Assembly: GCF_001194135.2 (NCBI RefSeq)
Contig: NC_068995.1
Span: forward strand, 30,823,272 to 30,887,271
Direction: 5' to 3'
Source of the DNA: Octopus bimaculoides
Lineage: Eukaryota
Length of the DNA: 64,000 nucleotides
In this document: positions 50,343-62,227 of the stretch, in pieces
How the letters are laid out: every line of letters starts with the position of its first letter
How positions within the stretch are numbered: position 1 is the first letter of the stretch
Notes under the pieces: model-generated
Seen by the model: only the letters and a program-made list of their open reading frames with translations
Databases searched by the model: none
What the model was told of the DNA's origin: nothing
Program-made: the position numbers and the translations under genes

Positions 50343-52998
50343 GGACATTATTTGCATTTGACGGATATTTGTCCTCATCTTGTTTGTTATTAACACAATA
50401 TTTCGGCTGATATCTTGGGTGTCTTGGGGAAATTTCAAACCTGGGTTCTCATTCCTAAGGTATTTTTCAATGTTATTATGTTCAGGTCACTGCTTGGAAT
50501 CGAACTCGGAATCTTGGGGTTAGTAGCCTGCACTCTTAACCACTATGCCATATGCCCATGGGCAATTATGGAGTGGATTTTAGGGCTTATAAATCTAATA
50601 TTTTTCTTTCCTTCCTTACTACTGGTTCCCATATGCTGCTCATATCTGCATTCTGTCTGCTTAGGAGGTTATTGTGTCCTGGCATATGTGCTGCTTCTTT
50701 TAGTTTTCATATTATCTGGTGGTGACCTCTGCCTATTATTTTAACTTTATCCCACAGAGGGAGGTGGTCTCCATTTCTCCATACATGATCAGCTATACCC
50801 GATTTATCAATATCTCCTCGTGTCACAGCTTTGTGATGTGCGTCTCTCCTTATTTTGAGGGGGCAGCATGTTTCGCCTTTGTATAACCTACCACAGCTGC
50901 ATGGGATGAAGTACACACAGTCTTTGGCCATATTCACTTCTATTGGTGGTATTACTCGAAGGAGATATTTGTGAAGTATTGTATTACTCATTAATACTAT
51001 CCTGATGTCATATGGGCCGCATATCTTTTGTATCTTTTTGCAGAGGCCTTTCACATAGAGTAGACAGACTGTGGACAGTTTATTGGCCTCATCCTCTCTC
51101 TTCTTCATAATTGGAGTGGATAGCATACTTTTGGGGTAGTTGTTGCTTAACGGATCGTTATTGAGCTTGATCATTTCTTCATGGTGTGTATCATGATCAC
51201 TACTTATATTCTTTGCGTGATGTTTTAGGCACTGAGCAATCCCTCTCTTTACACTGTATGGATGGTGGGAATTGAAGTTGAGGTATCATCCAGTAAAGGT
51301 CGGCTTGCAGTATACGGATGTCCTGAATCCATACTTAGTGCGTGTTATTAATATGTCCAGGAATGCTAGCTGATTATCTTTTTCCTTTTCCATTGTGAAC
51401 TGTATGGATGGCTTTATTGAGTTCACATGATCTAACAGCACTTGGACATCTTCCTGGTGGGGCCAGAGTATAAAGGTGTCATCAACATATTGTAACCATA
51501 GTGTTGGTTTTAGTGGTTTTGATCTTAAAGCCAAATTCTCAAAGTATTCCATGTATATATTGGCTATTACCGGTGATAATGGCGAACCCATAGCCAAACC
51601 TTCCTCTTGTTGATATATATCAGTGTCCATACTGAAGTAGGTAGTTTCTACACAGAAGATCAACATTTCCATCAAATTTCTTATTGGTATACTAGTGTGT
51701 TCTTTTAGATGGGTGTCAGTTACTAGTTTTTCTTGAATCACCGATAGTGCTTCACCAATTGGGACTGTGGTGAACAGACTTATCAGATCTAAACTCACCA
51801 TCTGGTTGGATTCAATGGGGGTATCCTTGATCAATTCTGTGAAGTGGGAGGAATTCTTCACGTACGATGTTCACTTTCCTGCTAATGGACTGATTATATC
51901 CACAAGGAAGTGGCTCAGTGGATGACATGCTGAACCTCTACAGCTCACTATAGGTCTTAATGGAATACCATCCTTGTGAATGTTAGGAAGACCGTACATG
52001 TGTGGTAGTTTACTATGGTGTTGAGTCAGTTGTCTGTACTTCATTGGTGTAAAGTGATCCTTGTTCTTGATCAAGATCTGTGACAACTTCCTCTCTGTTT
52101 TCAAAGTAGGGTCTTTCTTTACTTTGCTGTAGCTACCATCACTTATAAGACTTATCAACTTTTCAGAGTAGTCAGACTTGTTCATCATAATAGCCAATAT
52201 ATACATGGCCTCTCCAAAAAGATACAAAATATATACATGGCCTCTCCGAAAAGTTACAAAAGATATGCGGCCCATATGACATCAAGATAGTATTGATGAG
52301 TAATACAACACTTCACAAATATCTCCTGTGAGTAAAACGACCAATAGAAGAGAATATGACCAAAGACTGCGTGTACTCCATCCCATGCAGCTGTGGTAGG
52401 TTATACAAAGGCGAAACATGCTGCCCCCTCAAAATAAGGGTAGACAAACATCGCAAAGCTGTGACACGAGGAGATATTGATAAATCGGGTATAACTGATC
52501 ATGTATGGAAAACTGGAGACTACCTCCCTCTGTGGGATGAAGTTAAAATAATAGACAGGGAACACCACTGGAAAATACAAAAACTAAAAGAAGCAGCACA
52601 TATGCCAGGACACAATTACCTCCTAAGCAGACCGAGTGCAGATATGAGCAGCATATGGGAATCGGTATTAAGGAAGGATAGGAGAATATTAGATTTATAA
52701 GCCCTAAAATTCACTCCATAATTGCCCATGGGCATATGGCATAGTGGTGAAGAGTGCGGGCTACTAACCCCAAGATTCCAAGTTTGATTCCAAGCAGTGA
52801 CCTTAACAATAGTAATAATAATAATAACAACAACATTGAAAAATACCTTAGGAATGAGAACCCAGGTTTGAAATTTCCCAAGACACATGATGAAGGCTGG
52901 AAGGTATATCAGCCGAAACATGTTAACAACAAACAAGATGAGGACAAATATCCGTTGAATGTAAATAATGTACATAATTCCTCATCTCTTAAATATAT
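50343..52998 (-). mobile_element. Penelope-like element (RT plus GIY-YIG), 5'-truncated, with an inverted copy of its 3' end
   Basis: ORFs 51871..52275 (MYGLPNIHKDGIPLRPIVS) and 51286..51861 (SLDLISLFTTVP, GLAMGSPLSPVIANIYM, WLQYVDDTF, LAFLDILI) are RT. ORF 50707..51174 is GIY-YIG (CVYFIPCSCGRLYKGET). The + strand copy of the GIY-YIG and terminal region lies at about 52200-52998 (ORF 52356..52700). Confidence 0.92.
52883..52924 (+). ncRNA. Degenerate minimal type I hammerhead ribozyme in the Penelope terminal repeat
   Basis: ACAC-ATGATGA-A-GGCTG(n10)CAGCC-GAAA-CATGTT. The stem II pairing and GAAA are intact; the core has C3>A. Probably inactive. Confidence 0.6.
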
Positions 52999-55512
52999 AA
53001 CTCCATGGTTTTTGGGTTCATTCTCATTGCAGAGCACCTTGAGTAGGTGTCTTCACTCACAAGGCCAACCAGTTAGATAGAAACTGTGTAGAAGCCTGTT
53101 ATGTGTGTGTGTGTGTGTTTATTCCCACCACCACTTGACAACTGGTGTTTATTTGTTTATGTAACTTAATGGTTTGGCAAAGTGACTGATAGAATAAATA
53201 CCAGACTTGAAAATAAGTTGAATTATGTGACTAAACACTTCACAGTGGTGCCCCAGCTTGGTTGTTGACCAATGGCTGAAATAAGTCAAAGATAATATTG
53301 TACAGAGACACTGTGGTTTGTTGGAAGAGCCACTTGCTCCCTCCATAAGATAGGTGTTTGACCTTTTTCTTTTTCAGAAAGGGTCTAATAAGAACAAACT
53401 GAAAGAGTACTTGAAGTACTTCTGAATTATTATCAAATCCTGAGATTTATACTCATTAAGATGTGGTACTTGACGCAAAGTATTTGAAAGGTAGATTCAG
53501 AGTGTTATAAATACATCACCAAGTGAAACCTCAGTAAAAGCTGGAATAGCACATGCAGTGCTTCATATGATCTCCTTGTAAAATCCAGGATTCGACTAAC
53601 TTTACATGTACATTGTCTTGGTTATAACTGTATAGGCTGGTAGACTAGTGGACTACAAATGGTTGCCTCCAGCAATAGATGAGAGAGAGGAGATTATAGA
53701 GAGTGGATGTTTGTGACAGCTACATGGTGATTGTTGGTAAGGACATTGAATAGAAACAGTGTAACTGGTGTGTTGGGAAAAGGGAACATAATAGAAGAGA
53801 GTGTAGTGGAAGTGAGAAAGTAATGGCTGTCAACATAAATAGGAGGGAGGAACAATGTGAGAGAGACTGATGAGTAGCAATAAAGAATGGGTGATGGAAG
53901 AGTGAAGTGTTAAATGTCAGTAATGATGAGAGAAAGTGTATGTTTGCATTAAAAAATGAATAATAGTATGGCAGGGACTGAATATGGACCATTCCAACTG
54001 TCTCTTATTACACAGGTGGTATAATAGGAAAGAGATAGTGACACTAGGCTGTTATAAATACTAATCAGAGGAGAGAAGAATGAGCTATATGGAAAGAAGA
54101 GCTTTTGACAGCTGCTGTTGTTGATTTTGGACAAGTAGTATTTTTTTTCAGGTTTTTGATTAAATTAATTTTATATTTTTCAAAATTTCTTTAATATTCC
54201 TAATACCGTGTCCATATTTCAATTAATATTTCATGATTATATGAATATCAGGAGATGTCAACACCAATATAATAAATATTACCAACTTATAAAGGTTTGA
54301 AAATGAAAATTAATTGAAATATACAAGCAGACTCATTAGAAATATATTTGTGAAAGGGTTAAAGAAAATATATAAAAAATCTTTCTTTAGAAATATTTTG
54401 TCGTTGTTGCTGTTTTTGCAAATATTTTTTCTTTTTTTCCGTGTGATGTTATCATACATGCCGAGATCAATCAGTAAATACCCTACTGAGGCAAATTTAA
54501 TTTACTGGGGTTTCGACTATGAAATTTTACTCTGAAATTTTCTTGTCCTTCATGTCCCCCGACAATATCCCTTGACAATAATTTGTTACAAAATCTTTTT
54601 GATACTTTTACATCACATTAGCTCATGTCTGCACCAGTTTGGTATTTTTAACAACTTCTCAGTTATAATGACCCTTTAAGAACTAAACCTCTAATGAAGA
54701 TCTACTTCATACACTATTGTGTGTGTGAGGTTTTGTTCTATGGTTTAACAGTGATCTCTGTTCAATTATTGGGAGAAGCTAATTTAAGCAGATATAATTT
54801 TTGTGCAACCTATGTGAACTTAGGACATTTTAAAATGATGATGATGTGTTGATTTAGTCATTTGGCAGCTTCCTTTTTTTCAAAAAAAAAGAAATGAGAC
54901 AATAACTTTCTTCTGGAAAAAGAATTCGTTAACTTAAGCATTTGCCTTTTGATGAGATTATGGTAATGAGTATCACTGAATAACAATAACCCAATTATTC
55001 TCAGTATTGGCAAGCATTGCTTCATCTTATTGTAGTGGGATGTTGCAGCAGTTGGTCTCACTGTGCTAATTGTTTTACTTTGCCTCTGTAGGTTATCTCT
55101 GCCTGCGTGTGCATATGTGTGTGCAACACAACCCATATTGCACTCATCATGTATGAGTATTCACCACAAAGTGGATTTCAATAATTCTATATTAATAATT
55201 AGTGATCCATACAAAATGATTTCAGCAAGTTTTTTATTTATTTTAATACAATTTCCTACAATATTTTAGTGAATAACTGAGACTTGAATGGATTTTATTT
55301 AGGTTTTGGTGAATGAGTCAATGAAATCATTTTCCCCTGTGTTCTGTTGTTAGTCATTCACCCTTTGTTGGGTTCATCCTACCTTTTGACAGGTTTTGTT
55401 TTGTCCTGCTCCCTTTTCAGGCAACCTCTTCACTTGGCTACCCTTATGGGAATGCCAGTTTAGTCAGTGATGACCCAAACAGGGAAGATGCTACCAGTGA
55501 CCTGACACACTA

Positions 55513-55513
55513 T

Positions 55514-55605
<92 letters not shown>
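55513..55605. repeat. (CA)n microsatellite
   Basis: Directly visible. Confidence 0.98.
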
Positions 55606-55609
<4 letters not shown>

Positions 55610-56202
55610 TCTGTGTGTGTGTACAGATGCAATATTGATTTTCCAAAACCTTTCTCAATTACTGATTTTTCTGAACCAGAAGTGGTCACCTTGCTCAACA
55701 CCATCTAAACTAAGCAAATATTATGTTTACTTAAAAAATTAAATGAAATACAAGTATCTGTATATTAGTGCAAATGATACAAGTTTATTAATACTGGACT
55801 GTATGATGTACTAGTGAATTAATTGGGTTGTTGTAGGAATTCAAAATCCCTGGTCATAAGCTACTGCAGACTATAAGAGGTTCTGGACCATCAGTGTCAA
55901 GAAAGTTGGTGTTGTACCTATATATGTGTGTGTGTATGATGATGATGTATATATAACAACATGAACAAAAATGGAGAATATATCTTTATTTGATGATTAC
56001 ACCATACAGGACTGACTATCATTTCTATTGTGCTAACATGTTTAGATAGAGATAAAAGGTACAAAATATCGCTTATAGCAATTTCTTTGGAAATTCAGCT
56101 AACACAACGCTATCAGTGTAACCCAAAACAGGTTAAAATGAAAGTAAACTGAAATAACATCAATAGTACATAAATGCATACAAAAAGAATATTAGAAAGA
56201 AA

Positions 56203-56401
56203 TATATTCTAGGAAAAACCAGTTTAGTATTTAAGCTTATGATGACATCAAAAGATAATGAAAGAATAGAAAATAAGCGTAGAAATTTCATGTTGTGACA
56301 TTTATGTCATGATGTAAAATTTCTGTTTATTTTTTAGTCTTTCATTAATTTCTGATATCCATTATAAGCTTAAATACTAAACTGGCTTTTCCTACAATAT
56401 A
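56203..56401. mobile_element. Fold-back MITE (~200-bp imperfect palindrome, TA ends)
   Basis: 38-nt terminal arms with 2 mismatches. Pairing continues inward to the centre TGACAT-TT-ATGTCA (56296-56309). Confidence 0.75.
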
Positions 56402-56836
56402 ATAGTTATCTAGCTATTTATGAATGCTAAAAATTTTTTAGAGAAATTATGCTTATTCGATTAGAGGAAAAGCAATTATTATGAAGTTGTTATTTACTGT
56501 TCAAATATATAAAAGTTTCTTTATATTTATGTGAACATTTCCACATAAGACTGGTTCTACAATTTGATAATTTTAATTTCAAAGTAATTATATAGCACCT
56601 CTAAGCAAAGATCACATTTAAAATTACTAGTATTGTACAATGGAGCATAACTAATAACGGGTCACTTTATATCATAGTTCATGTTTCTGTCTTTCAATCC
56701 CAAATGCATTTACTAAACTTTACAGAATTACATTTGCTCCTAAGCTTAAATAAAGAAGGAATAGTTATGTAATCTAGATTTCCAAATTGTAGCTGGAGAT
56801 TCTATGTCTTTATATATGTGTGCATATACATATGTA

Positions 56837-56840
<4 letters not shown>

Positions 56841-56896
<56 letters not shown>
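56841..56896. repeat. (TA)n microsatellite
   Basis: Directly visible. Confidence 0.98.
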
Positions 56897-56899
<3 letters not shown>

Positions 56900-57470
56900 A
56901 CAGTTTTGTTGAGAAGGAGCTGTTCAGCACAGCCCCAGTCTGCTTTCTTTCTTACTACTTGTTCATCATTATTACACCATTTGTTTGGCAGTGGTCTTGG
57001 AGAAACATATTCAGACAGTCTGTGTACAGTTTGTACATAACATCCAAGCATGCTATGGGCCTATTCTTTTTAGCCACACTGGTCTCATTGTTCTTGGGAA
57101 TACGAGTAGTCAGTGCAACTGTCAGCCAATCTGGTATATCTAGCTCAGTGTCCATTTTTTTAAAAACAGGTTTGTGAGAATTTTCCTGTAGAGTGTGAGC
57201 TTTTTGTACCAGTAGCCTACTATCAGGTCTCTCCCAAGTGATTTTCCATTTGGCAATTTAATTGTCAGGTATTTTTCACTGGTGATGTTATATGTTTTGG
57301 GAGAGGCATTTACACAATACACATTTTGAAGGTTGTTTAACAATGCTGCATCACAGTTGTGTCCTTTGTTTACATTCCAGATTCCCTGCCAGAATAGCTC
57401 TATGTCTTCCTGAGGAGGAGCATTTATTAACTTGACAGTATTGCCTTTCATACTGCAATATGCGGCTTGT
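56897..57470 (-). mobile_element. R4/Dong-type RT N-terminal fragment
   Basis: ORFs 57140..57451 (PPQEDIELFWQGIW...GRDLIVGYWYKKL) and 56955..57155 (IPDWLTVALTTRIPK...RPIACLDVMYKLYT), followed by WGCAEQLLLNKTV. Confidence 0.7.
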
Positions 57471-57509
57471 GGATTTCAGGCATAATAGCGCATAGTTTGC
57501 ACGCTATGT

Positions 57510-58345
57510 GCTTAAGTCATGGACAGGTGATGTGTCTTTTCAAGCACAGTAAACTGCCAGGAGTCTTGGTCCACTGTCATCACCTCTGTGAGTTCCAACG
57601 TCTGTAGGTTCTTTCTCACCACTTTGTCCTGCGTCTTCCTGGGTCTACCCACATGTTCCCTCAACAATTGGAGATTGGCACCTCTTGATGCAACTGTCTT
57701 CATTCATATGCATTGCATGGCTATACCAGTCCAGTCTTCCCTCTTGCACACTACATCTGATGCTATGTATACCCAGTTTTTCTCTCAAATCACTTACACT
57801 CTGTCATATATGCACACTGACATTACCCATCCAGTGAAGCATACTGGCTTCATTTCTTTCAGTAGTCACAGCCCATATCTCATTGCTATGTAGTGTAGCT
57901 GTCTGTACACAGGCATCATACAATTTGCCTTTCACTCTGAAGTAGAGAGCCTTCGTTACTAACAGAGGTAGTAGCTCTCTGAACTTCGTCCAGCTTATTC
58001 TTATTCTATCAACTATACTTTCGGAACAAGCACTGCCACTACTAACTTGGTCACCTTAATAACGGAAACTGTCTACTACTTCTAAGACATATGAGGGAGT
58101 CTATTTTTTTGTACATTCTGCCACATGTAAAGACTACTTTCTCCATTAGTGGTCCAGTGATACTGTTGCACTTCTTATGTGTACATAGCCTGCACTGGGT
58201 ACATTTTATGGAGCTTCTCCCAATACCTTTCCTACATATCAAGCTGGGTCATCTCTCTGAAGGGATTTGTGATTTGTCTGTTTTCCTATTTATCAATACT
58301 TTGATCTTTGTTAAATTAAGTCTAAGGCCCTTTGATTTCAGACCT
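57510..58345 (-). mobile_element. Older RTE LINE C-terminal fragment including the PHD-like finger
   Basis: Colinear with about 5270-6150; ORF 58051..58242 reads ICRKGIGRSSIKCTQCRLCTHKKC...FTCGR. Confidence 0.85.
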
Positions 58346-60068
58346 TGCTTCCATATCTGAATTTTTTTCTCGAGTTGGGGAGAAGAATTTTAGAAAATTC
58401 AGATGAGTCAGCTTTGTTTCTTCATAGTTTTCAGAAAATGGGTATTTTTAAATGAAAATTTTGACAAATAGCTTCCAGAGTGTGCAGATTATGGTTATAT
58501 CAGAATTTAATACGAAAATAAAAAATTAGTGGGATAGCACACATACATACATGTGTATCACATAAGTTGTGATACACATCACATCTTTTTACAAAAATTT
58601 TTTTGCACAACCAATTCTGAATTGGAATCTATACCATGTGAAGTGTATATGTAGAAAATTTTATTAAAAAATAGCCCATTTTTGTGAAAGTTATGATGAA
58701 AGAAAGTTGTTGGGGTAGATGTGTAAGTATGCTGCTGGTAATGCTCCAGGCAGTTACTGTATATCATTGCACATGTGTTACTGGAACTACCATACAAGAG
58801 ATTGTACGGTAAGCAAGGCATGACAATTGGACACAATTTCTACACAGAAATTGGAGAGTGTGATATCTTGTACAGTGTCTATTTGCATGGAAGGTAGAAT
58901 AAATAGTGGTGGTGGGGCAGTTCCCCACAGTTTACTAGATAAATAGATACACATACATAAAAGAGCTGAGGGAAGTAGTAGATAAGTATGTCAAAAAAGC
59001 TGAGAGAGTGTAGATGAGCATTAAAAGTTGATGTTTGGATCCCTAAAGGGAAATAAATATCTATTTTGAGTGATGTTGTAAAAGCTTTAATTTCATGATA
59101 AGTTACTCCCTGCTTGTATGGGTTGGATGTGGCTTTTCAAGGTGTTTTACAGCTGCCCTTTCTGATGTTAACCCCTTTTAATTACCTCTTATGACACACA
59201 GGGCTGCAGTTTACCTATTCTAAAATCAGGGATACACAGGTGATAGAGTTGAACTGGGTTGAAACAACAGCAGCAGCAGTTGTTACAGAGCCAATATCTT
59301 TAAATAAAATTTCTGCCAGATCCAGGCTGACCTGGGGCCAAATAATAACAGCTACTTTACTGATCTTGGCAATCTAACACCAGTTCTACCAGTGAATATG
59401 TACAATTATGTACAATTTTCTACTCTCCCTACTCTTTTCTTCTTACTCTTTCTCCTCTTCTCCCTTTCTCATTGTCATTTTTATATTTTTCCCTTGCCTT
59501 GAACTTTTTTGTTTTCTTTGTTCTGCCTTCAAAGTTTTTTCTTTCCATTTCACTGCTGCTACTACTGCTGTAACATTCACCACCACCACTACTACTACTG
59601 CTATAACCATCATTACTTGTATTACAATGGCCACCACCTCTGTAATACTTGTACTATTGCTGGTGACTTTTTTCTCCTTTTATGTTGTTCTCTTCCTCTG
59701 TCTCTTTCCCAGTGAGTTTCCATATTTTAGATAATATTGTATGTTGCGTGATTCGTAATAAATGGGTGGATGTGAAAGTTAATGATTAGTTCCACATACT
59801 CAACTGGTTATGACACTTACAGATGGCTGCCTCTAATAATGAGGCCAAGCATTAGATAGGAAAGCAATTTTTTCTTCCATATTCAATGTGTCAGATGTCT
59901 AATTTTTGCACTCTTATTTTGATTCTTATTTTTATTAATGAGCTAAGAATTAAAAACTGGTGTTAATTTAAGATTATAACTTTCTGGACTATCAAAATGT
60001 AAAAGAAAAAGAAAATAAATTGTTTGTGTCCCCACTTAAGCATTTCCTATTGTAAAAATGTATGCATG

Positions 60069-60173
<105 letters not shown>

Positions 60174-61949
60174 GTATATTATGTAAAAGTGAGAAACTGA
60201 ATGATTAACTTCAAGCAAATAAATCATCTTTATTAAATGTGTAAGTATCTTGTCTGTTGATAGTACACCCTAACACATATCTATAAGACATACTAAAGTT
60301 TCCTAGATTCCATGCACATATTGGTTGATATATATTTCTTCCATGCACTAATGCTGTAAAATAGTCGGCTACAAAATTATAAGAGCAAGTGATCTAACTA
60401 CAAGAAAGTGGGACAAAAAGTTTCTCAGGAACTTGCAATCTACAGCTGTTGTCAATGATTTACATTAAGGCACAGAGAGAGAGCCGTGGGGGGACAACGC
60501 GCGCGTGCACACACATACACACACACACACACACCATAAAGTAAAATAGTTCAGCTGGAAGAGATGTGTTGGTTTTTCTTCCAACATATTTTCACAGGGA
60601 CAGCTGCAGAAATAAAGATTTACTATATTTCTGTAATATCTGCTTCATAAAGTTTCTGTTTTTATATTTTCTTTCTATTTGTTTTTCTTTTCAATTCTAT
60701 TCACCACTTGGCTTTTTCATTCCTCAGTTATAAAGTATATTTAAGTGTATTGATGATATTCAGTTTATGAATTATTTTGTGCCCAAATCCTCTTCATTGT
60801 AATTAATACTCATAACATACTTTTTGAGGAAGACTCATCTATAATATGGTTTCAGTGAACTTCTATATCTCATTGTACTTCATACATGATATAAACCTCA
60901 TTATAAGGATCTAAGATTTCAACTATCTTTCTTTCTTAATGACTTATGTGTGTATGGGTGTATAATGAAAACTATGTACACTATGACATTTTATATATAT
61001 AAACATCCATTCACAAACACATGCATACACATTCTTTTGCTAGTTTTGCATTTTGGATTGTTGCCAAAATGGGTACAGAAAACATTTTAGTCCTGGTGCC
61101 AACAAATGCTCTGGTGCTGTGGAAGGGTATAATACACCTAGTTGATGCTATAAAGTGGTTGGTTGTAGGCAAGGCATCCAGCCATGACATACACGACTAA
61201 GAAAATAGTTTTTTTTCTATTACTTGCTGCTAGATGGTAAAGAATTGCAGCAAGTGGTGAGATACTGTGGTCCATACAACCCATACCAGCATGGAAATGC
61301 AAATGTGAAAGTGATGATGATGGTGATGTAACAACATATATATTCTTTTACTGGTTTCAGTCAGAACTGTGGCTATTGTGGGGTACAGTTTATTGTAAAA
61401 ATCCCAGGATACCACTGGTATTTTATTGATCTCAGAAGGACAAAAGGCAAAGTCAACTTGAGCTGGATTTGGAAATGGAAGTATCCCAATACCACAGTGT
61501 ATTTTGTTTGGTGTTCTACTGATTCAGCCATCTTCTACTCATAGTGTGTGTGTGTGTGAGAGAGAGAATGTATGTAGATATTTAGTTTGTTTGTGTGTGT
61601 GTATACTTGGCTGTTGAAGTATTTTTGTTCCTCTTCTTTATTTAGGGCATTTTCTTTATGAAATTTGTTCTGAATTAGTGAAATCACTTAATCCTCTCAC
61701 AGACCATGCAAGATTATAGTCTGGCATGTATGTAGCTAAAGTCTAGTAGAGAATAGCCTGGGTTGATTAATTTCAAAATGCTTCTGTAATCCTTGGTTAA
61801 AGGTTTATGATGGGTCAGTTATTTAGTTAACTGCACTTATGGTGACAAGTGATAAAAATATGTTTGCAACTTGGGTGGAATACCCATGTCAGATGGTACT
61901 TTCATTCAAATATACTGCTTTATTGGTTTCTTCAGATGTTTACATCTTT

Positions 61950-62212
61950 TATCAGTAGGCTTGCTTCTCAATCACATGGTTCTGGGTTCAGTCCCAGAAC
62001 CATGTGGCACCTCAGGCAAGGGTCTTCTATAGACTCAGGCTGACCAAAGCCTTGTGAGTGAATTTTGTAGATGGAGACTGAAAGAAGCCTGTTGTGTGTG
62101 TGTGCATATATATGTGTGTGTGTGTGTGTGTGTGTCTTTGTCCCCTACCCCTGCTTGACAATTGGTGTCGGTGTGTTTATGTCCATAATTTACTGATTCG
62201 ACAAGAAGATAC
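61950..62212 (+). mobile_element. tRNA-derived SINE, truncated at its 3' side
   Basis: Colinear with 13440-13700. Confidence 0.75.
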
Positions 62213-62227
62213 ATACACAGGTGTGTA

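Noticed and set aside
50485-50557. Functional tRNA gene (also 52730-52802 and the SINE heads)
   Set aside because: No convincing acceptor stem or complete cloverleaf, and embedded in repeats; treated as a tRNA-derived module.
59408-59734. 108-aa Phe/Thr-rich ORF and its antisense partner
   Set aside because: Product of pyrimidine-rich and (ACC/ACT)n simple repeats.
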